Of a stretch of DNA of 64,000 nucleotides, positions 1 through 7,462 are shown piece by piece. Source of the DNA: Trinickia sp. (GTDB taxonomy: Bacteria > Pseudomonadota > Gammaproteobacteria > Burkholderiales > Burkholderiaceae). Positions within the stretch are counted from its first letter, which is position 1; each line of letters opens with the position of its first letter. Position numbers and translations under genes: made by a program. Location of the stretch: the NCBI RefSeq assembly GCF_051953405.1, contig NZ_JBQCIV010000136.1, positions 1 to 64,000 of the forward strand, in the 5' to 3' direction. The notes beneath the pieces were generated by a model. The model was given only the letters and a program-made list of their open reading frames with translations, was not told the origin of the DNA and ran no database searches.

Positions 1-106
1 AATGGGGTGATTCGGAATGCCTTTGCGTGAAGTTCTCTTCGGTGCTTCTGTTGACACTGTGGTCCCCGCTACTCCGTTTGGTGGGGCCTACTCTGGCAAC
101 ATTCAT

Positions 107-1084
107 TCACACCGTCGAGACGGTACCGACGACACGCTTACTGATGGGACGCAGCGCCGCGTCGAGCAGCACGTACGCCGGCGGTGGCAGCGGAGGCTTC
201 CCCGGCCCGGCGGACACACTGGCTTGCGGTGCAACGCCTGCTTGGACAATCAAGCCACCATCGCCCAACGGCTGGCGTACGTACCAGTCCGGCGGCAGTG
301 TGAGCGAGTCGGTTCCTCCGGCGGCGCGCACGAGGTCCGCGTCCAGCGCGACGATCCAGTCCACCGTTTTGATCGCCCCTTCCAGCATTACGGTGCTGTA
401 ACCCATGGGGTCGCCGACGTCGATGCCCGGCCCGTAGCGACGGGCGTAAAAGTATTCGCTCGCCTCGTTCGCGTTAAGCTCCATTGGCGGAAGATTCACG
501 CCGTAGCCGGCGTGCCCATGAACGATGGGCAGTGCTTCGCACATCGCTACGAAAAATGCCTGGAACTTGCCCGGGCGCTGTTCCAGGAACGCTCGAGGAA
601 CGGTGAAAACGAGGGTATCGAGTCCGCGGTTATGCGTCGCCTTCCATTCTCCGAGCGCAAACACGGAAAACTCGTAAAACCCGGTCGCAAGTTTGTGGTC
701 GGCGCTGGTCATCGTCGCGACAAGCGATGTATCTCCAGGCGTTGATGTCGCTAGACGCTCGAACCCCGGGGCCTTCTCGTATGCCATCGGCTGCTTTCCC
801 TCCGTGTAAAACCATTGGAGGGGACCTTCTTTCGAGGGCTTTTGACCCGTCGCGACTTCAAGGGCATGGTGATACTCGTCCACCATCGCGGCGTACTGCT
901 CAAAGCATTGCACCAACGCTTTCCGGACAGCCGGTGTGTACCCGTTCCGGAAATACAGGACCCCGCGCACAACGAGCGCGGCGCCTGTGATGCCCTTTCT
1001 GTACGCGGGCTCAAACAGCCCGAATGGGAGTGTGTCCGCGCGGCGAGGATCTTTCGCCCATGCTGCGATTTCTTCATCCGTCAT
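107..1084 (-). CDS. putative T6SS immunity protein for the upstream nuclease toxin (possibly DUF3396-like family). Start taken at internal Met MTDEEIAAW; the track ORF extends to 1333 but that part overlaps the toxin gene
   Basis: Sits immediately downstream (10-nt spacer) of the toxin gene on the same strand, the classic effector-immunity order. About 325 aa, soluble. Family assignment is from memory of the motif pattern only. Confidence 0.5.
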   Translation of the reverse strand: MTDEEIAAWAKDPRRADTLPFGLFEPAYRKGITGAALVVRGVLYFRNGYTPAVRKALVQCFEQYAAMVDEYHHALEVATGQKPSKEGPLQWFYTEGKQPMAYEKAPGFERLATSTPGDTSLVATMTSADHKLATGFYEFSVFALGEWKATHNRGLDTLVFTVPRAFLEQRPGKFQAFFVAMCEALPIVHGHAGYGVNLPPMELNANEASEYFYARRYGPGIDVGDPMGYSTVMLEGAIKTVDWIVALDADLVRAAGGTDSLTLPPDWYVRQPLGDGGLIVQAGVAPQASVSAGPGKPPLPPPAYVLLDAALRPISKRVVGTVSTV

Positions 1085-1094
1085 GACAACGTGC

Positions 1095-1844
1095 TCACGG
1101 GAAAACGGGAAGGGGAGGCATCGGCGGAAGCGGCGGCGGTCCGCCGCCCATCGACGTGCTGCTGCCGCCGCCAAAGAGATCTTCGAGATCGGATTGTTTG
1201 GAGGCTTTCGACTGCGAGGATTTCGAGGTCTCAGTGTCCTCCTTTTCCTCCCCGCACTTGCATTCCGCCGGACCAATCCGCTCAAACTTGTTCGGCCCGC
1301 CTGCAATCCGAATGTAGTCCACCCGCTGCTCACGACTAAAATCGTCGGGTGGAAACTTCATTTCCACGCACATTTTAATGTTTGACTGAACGGGTGGCTG
1401 ATCGGGGTCGTTGACGACGATGACGTCTGGCCGACGAATCAAACCTTGCCCCGCCAACTTCTTGTACTCGGCGTAGCCGCCGGGCCAGTACTTGTTGAGC
1501 CAGTTGGGAAGGAATGGATGCGGCTGGAGAGGGTCTTGGGAACTCATGATCGGCGTTGGCACATCGGGACGCATGTCGTAGGCGACTTCGGGACGGTACA
1601 CCGTTCGCTGGCCGGTGGTGACCTGCGAAACCATGTCTTGGTAGTTCAGCCGTTGCATGACGCATCGTTGGCGCTGGATCTTGCCATCGACCGAGGCCAC
1701 GCCGATCCTTTTGCAGTTGCAAACGGTATCGCACAAGACTGCTCGGTCTTTTGGCGACAGCCCGCTCTGTAGACCGACCTGCGTGGTCCGACCGTCACCG
1801 GAGGCGGTGCCGCCCGTCGAGTAGCCGGAGCCGCAACCACTCAT
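1095..1844 (-). CDS. T6SS effector toxin domain with a PD-(D/E)xK restriction-endonuclease-fold nuclease (Tox-REase-like). Gly/Ser-rich N-terminal linker and Pro-rich C-terminus
   Basis: PD-(D/E)xK signature RPDVIVVN ... CVEMKF (D then ExK about 20 aa later). Begins MSGCGSGYSTGG. Its ATG overlaps the PAAR gene stop (ATGA at 1841-1844). Confidence 0.55.
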   Translation of the reverse strand: MSGCGSGYSTGGTASGDGRTTQVGLQSGLSPKDRAVLCDTVCNCKRIGVASVDGKIQRQRCVMQRLNYQDMVSQVTTGQRTVYRPEVAYDMRPDVPTPIMSSQDPLQPHPFLPNWLNKYWPGGYAEYKKLAGQGLIRRPDVIVVNDPDQPPVQSNIKMCVEMKFPPDDFSREQRVDYIRIAGGPNKFERIGPAECKCGEEKEDTETSKSSQSKASKQSDLEDLFGGGSSTSMGGGPPPLPPMPPLPVFP

Positions 1845-2254
1845 TCTGCGCTCTCGCTCCCCGGGTGGCTGAACATCAGCGACGAACCCTCGTCCCCCTC
1901 GAGCCATTCGGTGAACCCGTTCGCGTCCGTCTTCCCCTGCAAGGTGCGTCCGTCCGACGATTTGATGGTGTAGGGGTGACCGGCGACCGGCCGGCGGGTG
2001 ACGTCGTCGAGCACCTGGAATCTGCCCCGATGGGGCGTTTGCGCGTTGGTATCCGACACAACGCTCTTTCCACCGCCGACAGCACCACCGGGACCGGACG
2101 TCGGCTCGGCGGTCGTGTTGTTCTGCGATGCGATAAGCGCGGCGCCGCAAGCGGTCGTGTCCCCTTCGGACGCGACGGGGCGACCGTCGAACGTCACGCC
2201 GAGATTTTTGATCCCGACGATCGGGTAAATCCCGCCGCACTTAGGGCATGACAC
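1841..2254 (-). CDS. PAAR-domain protein (T6SS spike tip)
   Basis: PKCGGIYPIVGIKNLGVTFDGRPVASEGDTTACGAALIAS is a PAAR-like Cys/Gly-rich motif pattern. 137 aa. Translationally coupled to the downstream toxin. Confidence 0.7.
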   Translation of the reverse strand: MSCPKCGGIYPIVGIKNLGVTFDGRPVASEGDTTACGAALIASQNNTTAEPTSGPGGAVGGGKSVVSDTNAQTPHRGRFQVLDDVTRRPVAGHPYTIKSSDGRTLQGKTDANGFTEWLEGDEGSSLMFSHPGSESAE

Positions 2255-2468
2255 CTTGTCGCCCAGGAGCGCGAGGGGGACACCGTCCGCTTGTTCTCTG
2301 GCGAACAGGCCAGCACGCGGCCGCCGTGGGATGTCGTATCGCCTTCGCGGATGAATGCAAAACCCATAATCTGTGCCCTCTCATTTTTTAGTCGGAGGAA
2401 TGTAGCACAGCGGGATTTCACAGAACTACCCTGTCAATGTTTGCAGTTTTCACGGAAGGGATTCAAGA

Positions 2469-3911
2469 CTAAGGACGAGCCCGTCTGGCCGTGGGTGCAA
2501 AGCGACGGATGCGTCGACTGCGATGTGCGGCCGTCAGCGTCCGAGCGAAAAGGCGCAGCACCTTTGCCATCAACAAAAACGAATTTGATGTTAGTTCACC
2601 GCTCGCCAAATCATTCCTGAAGTTTGCGCTCCTGATAAACGGGCGAAGCATATGTCGGTTCTCGGTCCATAGAGCGTGACGATGTGCGCTGCGAGCGCTG
2701 GGCGTATGATCGCGTGCGGCATTCGTAGCCACTCCTTCCTTTAACTGATCCAGGTAGTCTGCCCACGACTGCATCATGACGACACGGTCGTCGAGGAATT
2801 TAGTCCGGTTGTAGGCGGTCCCCAGATTGTCGGGAACCCTGTGTGCCAGTTGGAGCTCGATGACCTCGGCCGGAAACCGCAGGCGCTCATGCAAAATCGT
2901 TCGTGCCATAGCGCGGAAGCCGTGGCCGGTGATCTCGGTCTTCGTGTCAAAGCCGAGCCGTTGCAACGCCGCATTTATCGCGGCTCCGCTCATCGGCTTC
3001 CTGCGGTCGCGCCCGGGAAATACGAACTGCCAGCGTCCAGTAAGTGCGTGCAGTTCCTTCAGTATTTCGATCGCTTGATCGGCCAACGGAACAAGGTGTT
3101 CGGTCTTCGTCTTGGAAATGGTGTAGCGCCATTCTCTCCGGTCGAAGTCGACCTGTGACCATTCTGCCTGTCGTAGCTCGCCCGGGCGAACGAACAGCAT
3201 CGGTGCTAGCCGCAGTGCCGCGCCCACGACGAACGTGCCGGCGAAACCGTCTAAGGCGCGCAGCATTTCCCCAACTTTGCTTGGGTCCGTCAGGGATGCA
3301 AAGTGCGTGTGCCTATTAGGCCGCAATGCGCCGCGTAAATCGGAGGTAACGTCACGTAAGGCGCGTCCAGTTGCTACAGCGTAGCGGAAGACCTGCCCGC
3401 ACGTCTGATGGAGGCGGTGCGCGGTGTCATTCGCACCACGCGCCTCGGCCCGGCGCAACACGTCGAGCACTTCAGGTGCGGATATTTCCGAAATTGGGCG
3501 CGCGCCCAACACCGGGAATGCGTCTTTCTTGAGCCGCCCGATGATTTTGTCTCGGTGGCTGGCAGACCATACGGGGGTTTGCCGCTCCAACCACTCTAAC
3601 GCGACGACCCTGAACGTATTCGCGGTGCTAAGTTTGGAGAGTCGTTTCTTTTCTTTCTTGGCCTGGCTCGGATCGATGCCGTCCGCGAGCATGGCGCGCG
3701 CTTCGTCTCGCCTCCTACGGGCGTGGGCGAGTGTCACGTCAGGATAGACGCCGAGTGCGAGCCTCTTCTCTCGGGCGTTGAACCGGTATTTGAGCCGCCA
3801 GTATTTTCCACCTGACGGCGAGATCTCGAGATACATTCCGCGGCCATCCGAGATTCGGTACGTCTTTTCTCGCGGTACCGCCCGGCGAACTTCGAAGTCG
3901 GTAAGAGGCAT
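2469..3911 (-). CDS. int: P4-like tyrosine integrase (DUF4102 arm-binding N-terminus plus phage integrase catalytic domain) with an ~85-aa non-homologous C-terminal extension
   Basis: MPLTDFEVRRA...YRISDGRGMYLEISPSGGKYWRLKYR N-terminus; HGFRAMARTIL...LAHRV...AYNRT catalytic H/R/Y; WADYLD near the native end. GGAGG SD 6 nt upstream of ATG 3911. Confidence 0.85.
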   Translation of the reverse strand: MPLTDFEVRRAVPREKTYRISDGRGMYLEISPSGGKYWRLKYRFNAREKRLALGVYPDVTLAHARRRRDEARAMLADGIDPSQAKKEKKRLSKLSTANTFRVVALEWLERQTPVWSASHRDKIIGRLKKDAFPVLGARPISEISAPEVLDVLRRAEARGANDTAHRLHQTCGQVFRYAVATGRALRDVTSDLRGALRPNRHTHFASLTDPSKVGEMLRALDGFAGTFVVGAALRLAPMLFVRPGELRQAEWSQVDFDRREWRYTISKTKTEHLVPLADQAIEILKELHALTGRWQFVFPGRDRRKPMSGAAINAALQRLGFDTKTEITGHGFRAMARTILHERLRFPAEVIELQLAHRVPDNLGTAYNRTKFLDDRVVMMQSWADYLDQLKEGVATNAARDHTPSARSAHRHALWTENRHMLRPFIRSANFRNDLASGELTSNSFLLMAKVLRLFARTLTAAHRSRRIRRFAPTARRARP

Positions 3912-4001
3912 GAGGTACCTCCGTCTGTGCTGGACACCACGAAACTGCTCGACGGTGCCTCGCGCGATGTGACCGGGGCATTGCATCCCCCGATCATTGC
4001 T

Positions 4002-5360
4002 TCATGGTTCAAACTTGATCTTCGCTTGTTCAAGCATCCAAGCTTCAATTTTGTCGTGCCACGTACGTAACAGGTCGAGAGGGCGACGCCGGTAGTGTTT
4101 CTCAGCGATCGCGGATGGCTTATGCCCCTGGATTTGTGCGACGACACCTACCGGAACCTCGACCCACTCGGACAACGTTCCGAATGATCGGCGCAGACCA
4201 TGCAGTGAAATGTGCGGCAGCCCAGTCGGCCCTAGCGCTCGGTTGTGCGCGTGACGCGGTTCAGCAATTTTCCCGTCTGCTGCAGTCTTGCTGGTGAAGA
4301 CCCACTCGGACGGCTCCCACTGTTCGCCCCTTTGAGAGAGGCGGGCGGCTTGGCGCTTATTTGGGGGCATCTCGTTGAGACGTTGGAGAATCCGCAATAG
4401 GCTCGCCAAGTATGGAGTGAGCGGGATAGTTCGGCCGCCGGTGCCTTCAACCTTGTCGTTCATAGTCAAGCTTCGCCAGCGGAAGTCCACGTCTTCCCAA
4501 CGCAGTGCTGCTAGCTCTTCTCGACGGGCGCCGGTAATCAAGAGGCCTTGGAGATACGCGCTGATCACCGGATTGGCGATGCCACGTACCGCGCTGAACC
4601 AGACCGACAATTGCTCGCGCTGAAGACAGTCATCCTTCGCGGCGCTACGAGGGAGAATTCCTTTGACCTTTGGTGAAGCATAGGCTTCGTGCGGGATGAT
4701 GCTTGCATACGTCTCGTGAGTGTCACACCACCGGATGAACGCCTTGAAGAGACCGAACGCATGACCGGCATTCGTCGGCCCGCGAGGTATTTCGGCCTCG
4801 AGCCACTCGGACATGGATGCCGCGGTGATCTCGGTCAACTTGCGCGCCATGAGCGGAGCCAATGGGCCACGCACTTTTTCTTTGCCGCCGCGTTGTGCAA
4901 TCCCACCGCCGGGCGACGAGAGGTTGATATGGTCGAGGATGTATCGCTCAGACCGAGGCTTCTTTGTTTTCGGGGAAATTTTCGTCCGAAGGTGTTCAAG
5001 ATACTGTTCCCATGCTTCGCCGACTGTTACGTCCTGGCGCTTCTTGGCGGCCTGCCGTGCTTCGTGCGCCGCCTTCTGTTCGGCCTCACGCTCCCGTGGA
5101 TCGACGCCTTCGTCTATGAGCGTCTGGAGACTTCTCGCTCGCTCCTGCGCTTGATCGATGGTCCAGCTTCGTGGATCGCCAATGGTGATCCGCACTGTCG
5201 CGCCGTGAATTTTCCCTTGGAAGATGTACGCCTTGGCGCCTCCAGTAGTGGCGCGCAAACCAAGCCCCGGGGTCTTGCTGTCCCATAGGAACGACTGCGA
5301 CTTACCTTCGCTGCAGCGATGCCCTTCTACGCGAGCTGCCGTGAAATTTACCTTGGCCAT
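4002..5360 (-). CDS. second tyrosine recombinase/integrase (DUF4102-like N-terminus, different family from the first)
   Basis: FLWDSKTPGLGLRATTGGAKAYIFQ arm-type N-terminus; HGLRRSFGT...EKHYRRR catalytic region; GAGG SD upstream of ATG 5360. Confidence 0.85.
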   Translation of the reverse strand: MAKVNFTAARVEGHRCSEGKSQSFLWDSKTPGLGLRATTGGAKAYIFQGKIHGATVRITIGDPRSWTIDQAQERARSLQTLIDEGVDPREREAEQKAAHEARQAAKKRQDVTVGEAWEQYLEHLRTKISPKTKKPRSERYILDHINLSSPGGGIAQRGGKEKVRGPLAPLMARKLTEITAASMSEWLEAEIPRGPTNAGHAFGLFKAFIRWCDTHETYASIIPHEAYASPKVKGILPRSAAKDDCLQREQLSVWFSAVRGIANPVISAYLQGLLITGARREELAALRWEDVDFRWRSLTMNDKVEGTGGRTIPLTPYLASLLRILQRLNEMPPNKRQAARLSQRGEQWEPSEWVFTSKTAADGKIAEPRHAHNRALGPTGLPHISLHGLRRSFGTLSEWVEVPVGVVAQIQGHKPSAIAEKHYRRRPLDLLRTWHDKIEAWMLEQAKIKFEP

Positions 5361-5536
5361 CCAGCAACCTCATTCTTGGGTCTGCGATTCCGTGTAACCG
5401 CTGTGTAACCCGATTATGCGGCAGTGGAGGGATGTGGATCAACATCAATCGCGGGATGGATTGCGGATAGTCCTTCAAATACAATGACTTGATGAGGGCG
5501 ATCAAAGTCAATCTATCTCAAGAAATGTCGACTTGT

Positions 5537-5586
5537 TCGTATTCGCAATGCGAAGGTCGGGAGTTCGATCCTCCTCCGCTCCACCA
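5537..5586 (+). tRNA. partial tRNA-like sequence (anticodon stem-loop with loop TTCGCAA, variable loop AGGTC, T-arm GGGAG/TTCGATC/CTCCT, acceptor 3' strand CCGCTCC, discriminator A, CCA). The 5' acceptor strand is absent, so this is most likely a displaced tRNA 3' segment or att core
   Basis: Manual folding: anticodon stem TCGTA/TGCGA pairs, U33 and A37 present, T-arm canonical and ends in ACCA. No GGAGCGG acceptor partner upstream and the D-loop lacks GG. Confidence 0.5.
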
Positions 5587-5599
5587 ACGGGATTCGAAA

Positions 5600-5633
5600 G
5601 GGCTACAGGAAGGTTTTTCCTGTAGCCCTTTTT
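5600..5633 (+). terminator. rho-independent terminator (12-bp perfect stem GGGCTACAGGAA/TTCCTGTAGCCC, 5-nt loop, TTTTT tail) 14 nt after the tRNA-like CCA end
   Basis: Perfect inverted repeat followed by a T-run, read directly from the sequence. Confidence 0.8.
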
Positions 5634-5788
5634 CCTTGTGGGGGCCACGACTCGTTCGTTTTCGCAGGTAGGCTGCCCCGCCTGCCTCAGCCTCCGAAAC
5701 GCAGGTCATCGCACTCGGCTTCCCCGTGGTGAATCCGTCACGGAACTCCCCGAGGCGGAATGCGCCGCGAAGCGATCCGCTCTTCACC

Positions 5789-6088
5789 TCAATATTCCCC
5801 CGGCAACAGAATCGTGGTCGCGGAGCGATCCGATTCGGTGATTAGCCATACCGTCAGCGCCCCCGATAAGACGTAGCAGGACACGATGCGCCGATCGGTA
5901 GCTACGGAGCGTTCGTTCTGCTGGCGATCTGCCTCTGACAGGTCTCCCCAATCGCCGCGGACGTGTCGGCCCACCAGATCGTCGATGGAGATTCCGGTTC
6001 CCATTAGGGCATCGACAACAGCCGGGGTGGCGAAGATGCGGCCCGACGCAAAGCGAGGAAGCGGACGGGCGGTCGAAGCGAGACTCAT
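5789..6088 (-). CDS. conserved hypothetical small protein (about 99 aa; motifs GDWGDL and ITESDRSATTILLPGEY). Alternative upstream start at 6181
   Basis: GGAG SD 9 nt upstream of ATG 6088; coding-like codon usage. Family not recognised with certainty. Confidence 0.5.
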   Translation of the reverse strand: MSLASTARPLPRFASGRIFATPAVVDALMGTGISIDDLVGRHVRGDWGDLSEADRQQNERSVATDRRIVSCYVLSGALTVWLITESDRSATTILLPGEY

Positions 6089-6309
6089 GGTGGTTTTCTC
6101 CCAGGCGTGGTTAGCGCGGATTCCGACGGAGCCGGAAGCAAAGCCGTGGAGATGTTCTCGCGTAGCGGTCGGCGCGACCATTGACCGAACGGTCAGCGAA
6201 AAGGAGATGCGCTGCGCTTGCGTGGTGGAATTGTGTTGCGACTGTATTGCCCCGGCGCTGCTGGGGACCGCGCCTACACGGTTCCGGTTCGCCGCAGGGC
6301 GGCAGCGGC

Positions 6310-6384
6310 TTGAGTTAATGGTGGTTGAGGTTTACAATTGAGCTAATGTTTTGTGTTTTTGTAAACTCTTGCTGCGACCTCAAC
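6310..6384 (+). promoter_or_regulatory. sigma70-like promoter (TTGAGT-17-TACAAT) overlapped by nested inverted repeats (GGTTGAGGTTTACAA ... TTGTAAAC ... CCTCAAC), a putative autoregulatory operator of the Xre-ImmA gene
   Basis: Hexamers and inverted repeats read directly; lies 10-85 nt upstream of ATG 6395, which has a GAGGA SD. Confidence 0.4.
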
Positions 6385-6394
6385 GAGGACAACC

Positions 6395-7462
6395 ATGTTC
6401 AGCGTTCGACTTCACCGGGCCCGTAAGGCAGCTGGACTATCCCTGCGCGATCTGGGCGAACGCGTCGGCGTTTCCCATGCAGCCGTTAAGAAGTACGAGG
6501 ACGGCCTCGCTATGCCGTCCAGTGACGTTCTGCTGGGGCTATCGCGGGCGCTCAAGGTGCGTTCCGAATATTTCTTTCGCCCGGAACCCGTTGCGCTCGA
6601 GCGAATTGAATACCGCAAGCACAGCTCGTTGCCGAAGAAGCGGCTAGAAGCGATTACGCATGAAGTGATCGATCAAATCGAACGCCGCATCGAGCTGGAA
6701 AATCTCTTCCCTCAGTCGCCGGTGAAGGCTTTTGCTCCGGTTGATGGTTTGCCGGCGTGCATCGCCGCGTTGGAGCAGATCGAGGAAGTTGCCGAGCGTG
6801 TCCGCAATGCGTGGAACCTGGGCTTTCATCCGATTCCCGATCTAATCGACGCTCTCGAAACCAACGGTATCCGAGTTTTCATGATCGATGCGGACGGCGA
6901 GAACAAGTTCGATGGCCTTGCGGCGCGCGTGAATGGCATGCCGATTGTCGTCGTGGGTGGGCATTGGCCAGGGGATCGCCAGCGCTTCACGCTTGCGCAT
7001 GAACTTGGCCATTTGATGCTCGAGGGCCGTTTGCCGGCGGATATAGACGAGGAATTGGCTTGTAACCGTTTTGCAGGTGCTTTCCTGTTTCCGCGTGCTT
7101 CGGTACTTCAGGAGCTTGGACAGTTTCGAAATGCAATCGAACTGAAGGAACTCGGGCTACTGAAGGAGGAGTTCGGCCTATCGATGGGGGGGATCCTCTA
7201 CCGCGCCCGCGATCTCGGCGTCATATCGCCCGCCTACCGTGACGAGCAGGCCAAGCTTTTTCGCCTTAAGGGCTGGTATCAAAAGGAACCGGGGCGCGAG
7301 TTCCCACCGGAAAAGGCGCATCTGTTCGAGCAGTTGGTGTTTCACGCCCTGGCAGAGGAATACATCGGCGAATCGAAGGCCGCAGAACTCATGAATCTGT
7401 CTCTCGTGCAGTTCCGGCGTGTCCGCTCGATGGAGGGCGGCGATGCTGCTGTTGATCAGTGA
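6395..7462 (+). CDS. Xre-family HTH fused to an ImmA/IrrE (M78, COG2856) Zn-metallopeptidase domain
   Basis: N-terminal HTH (LSLRDLGERVGVSHAAVKKYEDG); HEXXH motif HELGHLML in the C-terminal domain. 355 aa. Confidence 0.85.
   Translation: MFSVRLHRARKAAGLSLRDLGERVGVSHAAVKKYEDGLAMPSSDVLLGLSRALKVRSEYFFRPEPVALERIEYRKHSSLPKKRLEAITHEVIDQIERRIELENLFPQSPVKAFAPVDGLPACIAALEQIEEVAERVRNAWNLGFHPIPDLIDALETNGIRVFMIDADGENKFDGLAARVNGMPIVVVGGHWPGDRQRFTLAHELGHLMLEGRLPADIDEELACNRFAGAFLFPRASVLQELGQFRNAIELKELGLLKEEFGLSMGGILYRARDLGVISPAYRDEQAKLFRLKGWYQKEPGREFPPEKAHLFEQLVFHALAEEYIGESKAAELMNLSLVQFRRVRSMEGGDAAVDQ

Larger units (their letters stand above)
1..5633. mobile_element. right-hand end of an integrase-associated genomic island (T6SS effector cargo plus two integrases) bounded by a tRNA 3' fragment and terminator. 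The left end lies outside the window
   Basis: Tandem integrase genes adjacent to a tRNA-derived fragment; the cargo is a typical mobile effector/immunity cassette. Confidence 0.45.

Noticed and set aside
17-745. Plus-strand ORFs (17..745, 27..401, 815..1339, 936..1385) opposite the immunity and toxin genes
   Set aside because: They have no SD, low-complexity composition and no recognisable domains. They are antisense to a cassette with coherent effector-immunity organisation.
5302-5511. 69-aa ORF between int2 and the tRNA fragment as a possible excisionase/AlpA
   Set aside because: It has no HTH or AlpA-like motif, its start overlaps the int2 start region, and its composition is not coding-like.
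5510-5586. Possible complete tRNA gene ending at the CCA at 5586
   Set aside because: The 3' acceptor strand CCGCTCC has no complementary GGAGCGG upstream, and the putative D-loop (AAATGTCGA) lacks the conserved GG. Only the anticodon stem, T-arm and 3' end fold properly, so I call it a fragment.
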